NCBI GenBank assembly: GCA_965223265.1
Contig: OZ244999.1
Span: forward strand, 4,704,001-4,768,000
Source of the DNA: Planctomycetota bacterium
GTDB lineage: Bacteria > Planctomycetota > UBA8108 > SXIK01
Reading direction: 5' to 3'
DNA: 64,000 nucleotides
Part shown: in pieces, positions 30,201 through 38,676 of the stretch
Position numbering within the stretch: the first letter of the stretch is position 1
Layout of the letters: the number at the start of each line of letters is the position of its first letter
Program-made: the position numbers and the translations under genes
The notes under the pieces: generated by a model
Seen by the model: the letters and a program-made list of their open reading frames with translations, nothing else
Told to the model about the DNA's origin: nothing
Database searches by the model: none

Positions 30201-31464
30201 CCGTGCCATCTCGACGCAGTTCGAGGCCATCGATCAGCCATTCGGACTCGCCGCCAGCCCAGATGAAGAAACGTCTCGATGTCGGCACCCCGGAAATCGA
30301 AAATCTGAACCAGCCGTCGTCGGCGGTGTTGCCACTTTGCGGTGCGTCGTCAACGTAGACGACCTCAGGCGGAATCGGACGAAACGCAGCGCGACTCGCT
30401 CGCCAGTTGGCCGGCGTGCCGTTGTCGGCGTTCACGTCGAGGCACTCGAGAGAGTCGCCGAACTCATCCGGCGCCATGGGCCATGGGTGGCGATCGTCGT
30501 AGCACAGTGTGTTGACGAGCCTGCCGCTGGAATCCTGCAGCGTGATGCGCTCACCCGCATCGCTCAGCCGACCGGAGAACGGACCGAAGACGCGCTCGAC
30601 AGCGTGGCGCTCCGCCGTGATATCGGGGTGACTGGCGACGGTCGCGAATGCGCCGGGAGCGAGCACGGAGCCGCTCGGGAACTCGTAGCGCACACCGTCA
30701 CTGAGTCGCCAACCCGAGAGATCCACCTCGGCAGCGGAGCGATTGACGAGCTCGAGGTACTCGCCGAACGCGTCGTCACCCTCCTCGACATAGGGCCCAC
30801 CGTTGACGGCATCGAAACGCATGCGCGGCTCGGTCCGTAGAGGCTTGTACATGATCTCGCTGATGACCACGGGACCCGCCACACCCGGCATTGCGGGCGC
30901 GTTCGGAGCACCCGGGCTGTAGGGGTCGCCGAGCCCCCAGCTCGCCGCATCGCTATTGTCGCGAGCGGCGTCGACGAGCTCGAGCGAAACACCACCGCCG
31001 TCGGCTTCCTGCGGCCACGGCGGCGAATCGGTGTATTCGACCTGGTCGATCAGCTCGCCGCTCGCAGCGCGGAGTTCGATCGAGTCACCGCCGTTGGAGA
31101 GCGCGCCGCTGTATTCACCTGCGATCAAGATGTCGCCGTAAAAGTCACCCGCATCGTCCAAATTGCGTACGACGACGGCATAGCCCCCTGCGGCGAGAGT
31201 CGTCCCAAGGGGAAACTCAAAGTCGACAGCGACCGCAAGCGTCCACCCGCTCAGGTCGACGGGAGCTCGGCCGCGGTTGTGAAACTCGATGAACTCGCCG
31301 CCAGAGTTGGTCGGGTCGGCGTTGTAGAGGACTTCAGTGATGACGACGTCGCCTGGAGCCGCGGTGAGCGGCGTGGCGCTCAACCATGCGGCGAGTAGAA
31401 GGACCGGGCAAATGACCGCGACCGGCGACAGAGGTTGAAACTTGAAAACGGCGGACAGCGGCAT
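27205..31464 (-). CDS. Secreted lamin-tail/CotH-like protein with C-terminal dockerin-like domain
   Basis: Two LTDs (VVITEVLYN, VVISEIMYKP); RRRGRRSR..KNQWKFRFN; HNFYLY, AYDFD; FVRGDVDGDG tail. Start set at MPLSAV (uncertain). Confidence 0.85.
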   Translation of the reverse strand: MPLSAVFKFQPLSPVAVICPVLLLAAWLSATPLTAAPGDVVITEVLYNADPTNSGGEFIEFHNRGRAPVDLSGWTLAVAVDFEFPLGTTLAAGGYAVVVRNLDDAGDFYGDILIAGEYSGALSNGGDSIELRAASGELIDQVEYTDSPPWPQEADGGGVSLELVDAARDNSDAASWGLGDPYSPGAPNAPAMPGVAGPVVISEIMYKPLRTEPRMRFDAVNGGPYVEEGDDAFGEYLELVNRSAAEVDLSGWRLSDGVRYEFPSGSVLAPGAFATVASHPDITAERHAVERVFGPFSGRLSDAGERITLQDSSGRLVNTLCYDDRHPWPMAPDEFGDSLECLDVNADNGTPANWRASRAAFRPIPPEVVYVDDAPQSGNTADDGWFRFSISGVPTSRRFFIWAGGESEWLIDGLELRRDGTGDNVLPNGSFETDDEGWSKRGSHSGSFQTTEDAKVGVGSEHLVATRRGNAANVLQFPSVDDLELGEPYVLSGWVKHLVGDPRLTLRFAAGTLRTELVAGIDPRDMRLASNWSDEFNPRGPWSLLAGDGRILEPTENWSPADLGPAQAAWTSGEEDGAVGWLRGSGAAPLLDLPAGTIATRGPSIVRWTSRGENLVTISGSAYLPRASGDANQVWRLQQGDHVLASGTLVAGDARVSAASPTPIAADDGNPIESFLFAGESIECYVEPEDGGAPDFVAIDLRIQAQTAIFLPPAPPLAGAAGLGTPSAANSQLAQGLPPLVEDLRHTPETPSSTDAVTIAARVTAAAALDTAALEYSFGVEPEVFTVDMVDDGHQGDSAAGDGIFGVRLPPQPNHTLVHYRVRVADVEGNETVFPYDSDPSPTAAYFHDDSIHGKSDIDTELRVFHLFVTQDVLDAISRNPRLDYQDASVAIDGIAYPHIDLRRRGRRSRAHAKNQWKFRFNRDRLFEGQRTLDTMINIPFVQRFAFQVFERAGIENLGSELVRVQMNGGFWGVYIAFESPNRTWTESRGLSPSTEIYKARSVETSSQWKNSDLFTNQLVEDLDFWGAWNKKMRPLEPPDDIRELTRVLNDVDDAELLPWLDRNFDLDQFFTRWSLYILLNIDDFGGHNFYLYRDPEGDAETRKWKQLAYDFDSGLTFGRVGALRALYGDGVGDNPDWQRNKLCLRVSRNATLRRIYLLKMRELLGGVYDLESLLALADSEFARLAVDREAENSRFRMMRESTAEMKNVMTMQHASMVEVLAGENLPGREVLPVADPPGGVFAAAPVDVTLSVPQGWTAVYTTDGSDPRLSQARGVFTGGAIEIATSSMLRVAAFESGDGAQDFDSGKWSDLSEFRFDITAVNAIGPFVRGDVDGDGALRGPSDVIFLLRYLFSSGDAVPCAAAADANSDGTLSVADAVRLLLYLYRSGPAPAAPFPLCGAGFTVGDGELGCAAAALCR

Positions 31465-31703
31465 GGGCAGAACGGATTTCCGTTGGGAAAGACAAAGCGT
31501 CACGACGATCGACGCGACTCCCATCATAAGGCGGGTGAGACGGCGACCCAATCGCAATCGAGCCCCGCACGGGGCGGTCGCTCCGGGCGCCTTCAATTCG
31601 CCGCAAAAGTGGGTAAAATCTGAGCCGCAGAAGCCGAGACTCGAGCGGATCCGCAGCCGAGCGCCCCACAGCCGTAACGACACCACCTGAGGACGATGTA
31701 TCC

Positions 31704-32456
31704 ATGGAGCTCCGACCGAATCGATTGAAACGAAAGCTGGCAGCCGGGGAATTAGCGTACGTAGCAGCCGGCATCACGGATCCCGATGATATCGACGCCT
31801 TCGGCCCGATCGATTTCGACGCAGTCTGGCTGGAGGGCGAGCATGGCGCGGTCGACGCCTCGGATCTCGGCGACTTGACGCGCGCCTGCGATATTTGGGG
31901 GATGACCTCGCTGGTCCGAGTCAACCGCAACGATCAGTCGCTGATCTACAGGACGTTCGACCGCGGTGCCCAGGCGGTGATCGTGCCGCACGTCAACACG
32001 CGGGCAGAAGCTGAGAATGTCGTCGCAGGCGGAAGATTCGCCCCGATCGGTCAACGCGGTCTTTTTGTCAGTCGACAAGGATACGGTGTCCCCGGCTACC
32101 TGAAAAAAGCCAACGACGAGACCGCGCTTGTCGTCTTGATCGAGGACATCGCGGCGTGGGAAAACCTTGACGAGATCTTGACTGTAGATCACATCGACGT
32201 GTTTTTTGTGGCGCCATCTGACTTTGCCGCGTCGATGGGACACATCGGCGACTGGAAGCACCCGGAAGTGCAGGAAAAAGTTGACGATGCTCTGCGGCGC
32301 ATCGTCGCAGCAGGGCGGCGTGCGGGAACGCTGACGACGAACGACGACGTCGCCAGATTCGCGGGCATGGGAGTGCAGATGCTTTTGGTCAACGTCCAGG
32401 AGTGGCTCGCCGCGGGTGCGGCGCAGTACCGGGCACGGGCGGAGGCAGCACGCTGA
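31704..32456 (+). CDS. HpcH/HpaI aldolase family protein
   Basis: DAVWLEGEHG, DRGAQAVIVPHVNT, LIED, IDVFFVAPSDFAASMG. Confidence 0.9.
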   Translation: MELRPNRLKRKLAAGELAYVAAGITDPDDIDAFGPIDFDAVWLEGEHGAVDASDLGDLTRACDIWGMTSLVRVNRNDQSLIYRTFDRGAQAVIVPHVNTRAEAENVVAGGRFAPIGQRGLFVSRQGYGVPGYLKKANDETALVVLIEDIAAWENLDEILTVDHIDVFFVAPSDFAASMGHIGDWKHPEVQEKVDDALRRIVAAGRRAGTLTTNDDVARFAGMGVQMLLVNVQEWLAAGAAQYRARAEAAR

Positions 32457-32742
32457 GGACGTTCGCCTTGGATCTTCGGTAGCCAAACACAGCGCGTCGG
32501 GCAGCAGTAGTGATGAACACACGTTCCCCGCCGCCTGCAAAAAATCAGAGCAAGAGACGACCTTCGGCTCGGCACTTCTGTCGACGTTGAGGTCAAAAGT
32601 GGTTGACGGTGTTGATGGAAAAGGTGGTTGCAGTGTCGGCGATTTGGCCCGCGCGCGGCTCGACTTGACGCCCGTGCTATGATTCCCCCACCGGCTCTGA
32701 CTGGATCTGTTTTGCTCGCTTCGTGAACGCACCCGGGACGCA

Positions 32743-34044
32743 ATGAAACGAACGCTTCGCTCACGTCAAAACCTTGGGAAATACCGCATCGAAAAACTCC
32801 TCGCCCAGGGCGGTTTTGCGGAGGTGTACCAGGCTTTCGACACCATCGAAGGCCTGCGCGTAGCGCTGAAGATTCCCTACGCTCACCTGATGGACAGTGG
32901 CGTCCTCGAAGACTTTCGTCGCGAGGTGAGGGTGACGGCGCAGCTCGAGCATCCGAACATCCTGCCGATAAAAAACGCCGAGTTTGTTGACGGCCACTTC
33001 GTGATCGCGCTGCCGCTGGGAGAACGCACGCTCGCCGACCGGCTCAAGAGTCGCATGTCGATGCCGCTCGCCGTGCATCTCGCCGGACAGATGCTCGAGG
33101 CACTTGGGTTCGCACATCACCGGCGCATACTCCACTGCGATGTGAAGCCCGAGAACTTCATACTCTTTTCGGGCAACAGGCTGCGCCTGTCAGATTTCGG
33201 CATCGCCAAGGTGTCGCTGCACACGGTGAGCGCGTCGGGCTCGGGAACGCTCGGGTATATCGCGCCGGAACAGGCGATGGGGAAACCGTCGTTTCGTTCG
33301 GACGTGTTTTCGCTCGGGCTGATCTTCTACCGCATGTTCGCAGGCGTCTTGCCGCAGTGGCCGTTCGTGAGGCCGTTTCCGGGCAGTGATCGCCTCAAAG
33401 AGAGAGTGCATCCAGAGTTCGCGGCGCTGATCCACCGGGCGACCGCGCTGGAGCCGAAGAAGCGGTTTGAAAACGCCGACCAAATGCGGCGCGCGTTTCA
33501 AAAGCTGCGACAGAAGACGTCGGCGAAGCAGCGACAGCGAAGGAAGCGATCGCGCCCGCCGCGCCAAGACTGGAAGGAGGTTCGGTGGCGGCAGTTTTTG
33601 CGGCAGTACGGCGCTGTGCTGGAGGTGCGGGGCGAATGTCCGAAATGCGCCGGCCCGGTGGCCGAGTGTATGCCGTCGTGCTGCTGGTGCGGCGTGTCGA
33701 TCGCGAAGTACCGCGGCAAGGCGCGGTTCGGGCGCCAGTGCAGCCGGTGCAGGCGCAGTCTCAAGGCGGATTGGCGCTTCTGTCCATGGTGCTTTGGCGC
33801 CTCGCTCAGCGGCACGAGTGAGCGCGCGCTCAGCGACCGTCGCTACGAGGCGAAGTGCCAGAATCCAGCGTGCACAAGAAAAACGCTCATGCCGTTCATG
33901 CGTTATTGCCCATGGTGCCGGCACAAGGTGCGTAGGCCGTGGGCCATCCCGGGCGCGTCCCGCAAGTGCGCCAAGTGCAAGTGGGGAATCGTGGACGCGT
34001 TCTGGGACCACTGCCCGTGGTGCGGGGTAGGGATCAAGGCGTGA
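32743..34044 (+). CDS. Hanks-type Ser/Thr kinase with four C-terminal zinc ribbons
   Basis: GGFAEVY, VALK, HCDVKPEN, DFG, APE, DVFSLG; four Cx2-4C...CxWC units. Confidence 0.92.
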   Translation: MKRTLRSRQNLGKYRIEKLLAQGGFAEVYQAFDTIEGLRVALKIPYAHLMDSGVLEDFRREVRVTAQLEHPNILPIKNAEFVDGHFVIALPLGERTLADRLKSRMSMPLAVHLAGQMLEALGFAHHRRILHCDVKPENFILFSGNRLRLSDFGIAKVSLHTVSASGSGTLGYIAPEQAMGKPSFRSDVFSLGLIFYRMFAGVLPQWPFVRPFPGSDRLKERVHPEFAALIHRATALEPKKRFENADQMRRAFQKLRQKTSAKQRQRRKRSRPPRQDWKEVRWRQFLRQYGAVLEVRGECPKCAGPVAECMPSCCWCGVSIAKYRGKARFGRQCSRCRRSLKADWRFCPWCFGASLSGTSERALSDRRYEAKCQNPACTRKTLMPFMRYCPWCRHKVRRPWAIPGASRKCAKCKWGIVDAFWDHCPWCGVGIKA

Positions 34045-34112
34045 GAGGGAAGCAACCAAGCGCACAAAAGCTCTTGCCGAGGGGCGAGAGCACGGCAGAA
34101 TAGTGGCTCCAC

Positions 34113-34186
34113 GGGCGTGTAACTCAATTGGCTAGAGTGCCACCCTTACAAGGTGGAAGTTCCCAGTTCGAGTCTGGGCACGCCCA
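34113..34186 (+). tRNA. tRNA-Val(TAC), CCA not encoded
   Basis: GGGCGTG/CACGCCC acceptor stem; anticodon arm CCACC-CTTACAA-GGTGG; GTTCGAGTC T-loop. Confidence 0.95.
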
Positions 34187-34538
34187 TTCTTCTTAACCCC
34201 CTCTGGGGACTCGATAAGTGCCTTGTGCGCCTGGGACTTATGCCCTGGACCAGGAGCCTCAGCGACCGGCTCTTCATCGCAGGCCATCGCGCCGTTTCGC
34301 CCCGTTTCGTGCTCTGAGGGGGTGCGAATCTGGTAGCGTCTGTCGGATGCATCGCCCGGCGCACCCGCCCCCCGCAGGGGGTGGAAGCTCATCCCCTTCG
34401 AGGTAAACGCGGCAACGATCACCAAACAACTGGGTGCGACCGGGTCGAATCCGCGCGTCGAGCGTCGAGAACCGGGCCGCATCGGGCGTTGCTCCGGTTC
34501 AAGTTGTGCTTTCTGCCCGCTAACCGGCCTCGACTGTA

Positions 34539-35060
34539 TCACCTGAAATCATTCTCCTCCTTTTCGAGCTCCTCCAAGAGCTTGTCAAACTCCTCCTCAG
34601 TCTCTTCGTCGCCAGGTGCTCCCTCGACGTCGACTCCGTCATCGTCGCTCCCGAAAACGCGTGCGTCAGCAGAAATCGGCGCAAACCAGCGAGCGATGTA
34701 CGAACCGAGCCAGACGAACGGGGTGCCGAGATACTTGGGCACGACGATCGTGCGGTGGAGCATGATGTTGTCGTCGGGAACCGGCATGTCGAAGTAATCC
34801 GCTGCATCACAGGAGGCCGGGACGACGATCTCCCCAGTACGTATCGTCTGGTCGATGGTCGCAGACACCGCCAGTCCTGTGCCGTGAAAGGGCACGAGAA
34901 CAGGCCAGGTGACGAGCACTACACGCGTGTCATCGGGCCACAGCGGATCAAGGACATGCTCTTCGTAGAATTCGCAGGTACGGGCTTCGTCGGTGAATCC
35001 GCAGCCGACGTTGGACGATACTACCCCCAGAACAAGGCTCAGTACGGCAAGGCGCTTCAT
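34539..35060 (-). CDS. Putative lipoprotein (third of a triplet), acidic tail
   Basis: MKRLAVLSLVLGVVSSNVGC lipobox-like signal; ATGA overlap with the previous gene. Confidence 0.72.
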   Translation of the reverse strand: MKRLAVLSLVLGVVSSNVGCGFTDEARTCEFYEEHVLDPLWPDDTRVVLVTWPVLVPFHGTGLAVSATIDQTIRTGEIVVPASCDAADYFDMPVPDDNIMLHRTIVVPKYLGTPFVWLGSYIARWFAPISADARVFGSDDDGVDVEGAPGDEETEEEFDKLLEELEKEENDFR

Positions 35061-35590
35061 GGCGGACTCTCCGTTGTGAAGCCAGCCTCTGATGAAGGAG
35101 GAGAGGAGACTTCGTCGTTCGTTGTCTCCGGCGGGATCGGTCGTCCCTGAGCATCTCGCCTCCAAAGGTAGCCCCACCGCGGCCATCCCCACGCCGCTTC
35201 CTCGCGCACTTCGATCGCAAAGACTGAGCGGGCGCTCCAATCTCCGAGGAAGACGAACGGCGTCAGCAATACTTTCGAGGGAAAAAAACCCCACCAGGAA
35301 TAGAGATCCTCCTCATAGCGCGCGTCCGAAAAATGCCGCCAGAACTTCTTGGTGTCGACGTAGGCACTCGGCGCGGAGGCGGCGGGGGCGATGAGGACGT
35401 TGTCGACCGCAAGGGTCACCAGGCACGTGGGCACGAGGAGCGGTGTCATTGCCCATTGTCCGACCTTATTTTCCGGCACGATCGTGCGGTCGACCCAGTT
35501 CGTCGTCGACAGATGGTTGCGATCGACGACGGCACAGCCGCTGACGGCGGCGACGATCGCGCAGCTGAGTAGGACCGTTTCAAGACGCAT
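35057..35590 (-). CDS. Putative lipoprotein (second of a triplet)
   Basis: GGAGGAG RBS; MRLETVLLSCAIVAAVSGC lipobox. Confidence 0.75.
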   Translation of the reverse strand: MRLETVLLSCAIVAAVSGCAVVDRNHLSTTNWVDRTIVPENKVGQWAMTPLLVPTCLVTLAVDNVLIAPAASAPSAYVDTKKFWRHFSDARYEEDLYSWWGFFPSKVLLTPFVFLGDWSARSVFAIEVREEAAWGWPRWGYLWRRDAQGRPIPPETTNDEVSSPPSSEAGFTTESPP

Positions 35591-36062
35591 TCGCGCTCTC
35601 CTCCGCGTCATCAGCTTCGGGGTGTGCACCCTCCTCTTCGAGCTCGCCATCTCGACGGGGTGACTCCTCGACGGGAACAATACTGAGAACGACCTCGGCA
35701 CCGACGAACATCACCGCTGCGGTCAACACGCGCATCGGCATGAGAACCACTTCGAACACTCCTGCGTCCTCCACCTCCGTGAATGGCCACTCAGCGAGCT
35801 CCCTAGCTTCAGACAACTGCTGGACGGGATTCACGACGGTGGCGTCCACCAAAAGCGTCGAAAGCCCTATGGGCACGGCCACAGGGGTGAGCGCCGCACG
35901 GCCGGCGTCGCTCTCAGGCGCCAGGTGCCGGTCGATGAATTCGGTCACCGGACGGTTGTCCCAGTTAAGAACAGCACAACCGGAGAAGAGGAGAGCCAGG
36001 AAAAGAACGGTGACGCGGCGAAGCAACGCACGATGTTCAGACACAACATTCAATCGATTCAT
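35580..36062 (-). CDS. Putative lipoprotein (first of a triplet)
   Basis: RRVTVLFLALLFSGC lipobox; 3' end overlaps the next start. Start uncertain. Confidence 0.72.
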   Translation of the reverse strand: MNRLNVVSEHRALLRRVTVLFLALLFSGCAVLNWDNRPVTEFIDRHLAPESDAGRAALTPVAVPIGLSTLLVDATVVNPVQQLSEARELAEWPFTEVEDAGVFEVVLMPMRVLTAAVMFVGAEVVLSIVPVEESPRRDGELEEEGAHPEADDAEESANAS

Positions 36063-36903
36063 GAGAAGGTCTCGCGAAATGGAATCTGCACTTTCGAGTT
36101 GCGCCCCGCAAAGAGGTGAAGACGGGAAATCTCGCTCCACGGCGGTCGTTTCCAGATTGATCCCTTCGATGTCGCCGCGGCTTCTCTCCCCGGCCGTTAG
36201 TGAGAACTGCTCCAAGCCGACGAACAGCGTCGGCGATGAATTGCGCAGCTGCCCTACACGCGTCTGCACACCGCAAACAGGAACAGCAAATCCGTGGCCA
36301 GGCTCAAGAAGAGTCTATCTGGCGCTCCGACGGCCTCTCCAAGCAGGGAATATTGTCTGGGAGGCGGAGAAAACCCGCAGCAAGGCAGCAAAGACATCGC
36401 TCAGCGAGAAGCATGCGCCGAGTCGCTTAGACGCATCGGGAGACCAGCGTGAAGTGAGCGCGGACATTCTCGCTCGCGAGTCGACGAACTTGCCACCGGT
36501 GTGAACGGAACGCTAGCGCTTTTGAGCGAACTATCATTAGCACAGGCGCTTCTTAAGGGGCAGCTGTCGGAGCCTTACCGGCACCTTCTGAGCCGCCGAA
36601 ACAGTCTCCGGGACGGAATTCGTACGCACAACTGGGAAAAAACTCCGCGGTCCGGCCAACACGAGCTCCTGTCGAAAGAAAAGAACCATGCGAGAGTGAA
36701 TCTCGCGTTGGTATGTCGTTTGCTTGCTCGTCCATGGTTCTCGGGTAGTGAGTGCTGACAGAGAGATTACGATTCAGGCGCCGGACGCCAAGCGCAGGCT
36801 GCGATGACACGTTGGGGAGCCGAAGCGTCGGTGCGACTCCACCTCAGGTGCTGCGAAGTTGATGCAAGTGAACCTCAATCGCGTCAGCGATGGATAGCTC
36901 CGA

Positions 36904-38457
36904 ATGACAGCTACACCTCCAGCAAGCGATTTCAATGTCATCGTCATCGGGTCCGGCATGGGAGGGATGACGACGGCCACCGCGCTGTCTCGATTGGGGC
37001 ACAAAGTCCTGCTTCTTGAGCAAGCACAGACCATCGGAGGATTGACTCACACCTTCTCTCGGAACGGTTTCACCTGGGACGTCGGCCTTCACTATTGTGG
37101 CACATTTGGTCACGATCAGCCGGCAGGACGGGTCTTGGACTGGCTGAGCGGCGGAACGATCGACTTCCGCTCCCTCGGCACCGTCTACGACACGCTGCAC
37201 TTCCCAGATGGATTTGAAATCTCCGTGGCGCGCCCCGCCTCAGCTTACAAGATGGAGCTGAAAGAGCGGTTTCCCGACCACGCGGCTGAAATCGACGCCT
37301 ACTTCGAAGCGCTGCAGTCCGCGCAGGCGGCAGCATATATGGTCGCCGCCGAGCGATCGATGCCTGAGCCCTTCCGCTCCGCACATCGCTGGTGGAACAA
37401 GAAAAGAATCCAGCGCTGGTGTGGTCGGACAACGGGCGAAGTGATCGCAGACATTGTCACCGACCCGAAACTCGCGGCGGTGTTGTCGGCGCAATGGGGC
37501 ACCTACGGAGGCAAACCGAAGGAAGGAAGCTTCGGCGTCCACGCCACCGTCATCGGCCACTATCTAGAGGGCGCGGGTTATCCCGTCGGGGGCGCCGCCT
37601 CGATTGCGAGGGGACTTGTTCCGGTGATCGAACGGGCCGGCGGTAGCGCCCGCGCGGCGACGCCAGTGAGCGCGATACTGGTTGAAGATGGAAAAGCCGT
37701 CGGCGTTCGCACCAGCTCCGGCGAAGAAATCAAGGCGCCCTTCATCGTCTCGGCAATTGGCGCCGGCGAAACAGTGAAACGCCTGCTGCCTCAGGACATC
37801 CGCCAACAGGAGTGGGCTCGCGAGATAGCCACCTTCAAGCCGTCGATCTGCCACTTCGAAATCTTTCTCGGCTTCGAAGGAGACATTGCCCGACACGGAG
37901 CGACGCGCTCGAACCACTGGTTTTACGAAAGCTGGGAAACCGATGATGCTATCTGGTCGGCGGCTGCCAACGGCCCGGTTCCGATGGCGTTCGTCTCGTT
38001 CCCGTCTCTCAAGGATCCTGCACACGACCCTGGTCCATCGAAGAGGCACACAGGCGAATTGTTGGTTTGGGCCGATTGGTCCTCCGTGGCGAAATTCGCA
38101 GATGGGGAGGCCGAAAAGAGCGAAGCCGAATGGGCGACATTCAGGCAAGACGTCGAAGCCAAGTTGATGGCATCCTTCACCGCAAAGTTCCCGGCGCTGG
38201 CGCCGCTTGTTGTCTATCGCGAACTTGGAACCCCGCTCGCAACCGCGTCATTCACCGGCCACGAGAAGGGCGGGTTCTATGGCGTCGAAACGACGCCGCG
38301 CCGTATGCTGTCGGAAGCGCTCAGAGCCCGTACGCCGATCCCCGGCCTATTCTTGGCGGGCCAAGACGTCATGATGCCCGGCATCGCTGGGGCTCTTTGG
38401 GGCGGCATGCTCGGGGCTGCGGCGGTCGATCCACGTGTCTTTCAGCAGTTCAAATGA
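36904..38457 (+). CDS. Phytoene desaturase-like / retinol saturase-like FAD oxidoreductase
   Basis: VIGSGMGG; LLEQ..IGGLTHTF..GFTWDVGLHY; YPVGG; TPIPGLFLAGQD. Confidence 0.9.
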   Translation: MTATPPASDFNVIVIGSGMGGMTTATALSRLGHKVLLLEQAQTIGGLTHTFSRNGFTWDVGLHYCGTFGHDQPAGRVLDWLSGGTIDFRSLGTVYDTLHFPDGFEISVARPASAYKMELKERFPDHAAEIDAYFEALQSAQAAAYMVAAERSMPEPFRSAHRWWNKKRIQRWCGRTTGEVIADIVTDPKLAAVLSAQWGTYGGKPKEGSFGVHATVIGHYLEGAGYPVGGAASIARGLVPVIERAGGSARAATPVSAILVEDGKAVGVRTSSGEEIKAPFIVSAIGAGETVKRLLPQDIRQQEWAREIATFKPSICHFEIFLGFEGDIARHGATRSNHWFYESWETDDAIWSAAANGPVPMAFVSFPSLKDPAHDPGPSKRHTGELLVWADWSSVAKFADGEAEKSEAEWATFRQDVEAKLMASFTAKFPALAPLVVYRELGTPLATASFTGHEKGGFYGVETTPRRMLSEALRARTPIPGLFLAGQDVMMPGIAGALWGGMLGAAAVDPRVFQQFK

Positions 38458-38676
38458 GGCCTCGCGGGTGTCATAGGATAACGGAGCCGTGGGGATGGGG
38501 TCCCAAAGGCTGTGACAAGCAGAAGACCAAAAAACCTCGCAGGGGAAAATGGACTACCAGTTGTCGCGCGCCGTTTTGGCGGTCGTCCTGGAGCTCGCTC
38601 GTCAGGATCTCCTCCATGAGCTTGCCGATGACCGCCTGTGCGTCGGAGCGCGAATCCCTGGTAGAGGCGGCGAGCC

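Noticed and set aside
36640-36830. Integron attC-like AAC...GTT boxes
   Set aside because: No convincing paired R/L boxes, no cassette array and no integron integrase.
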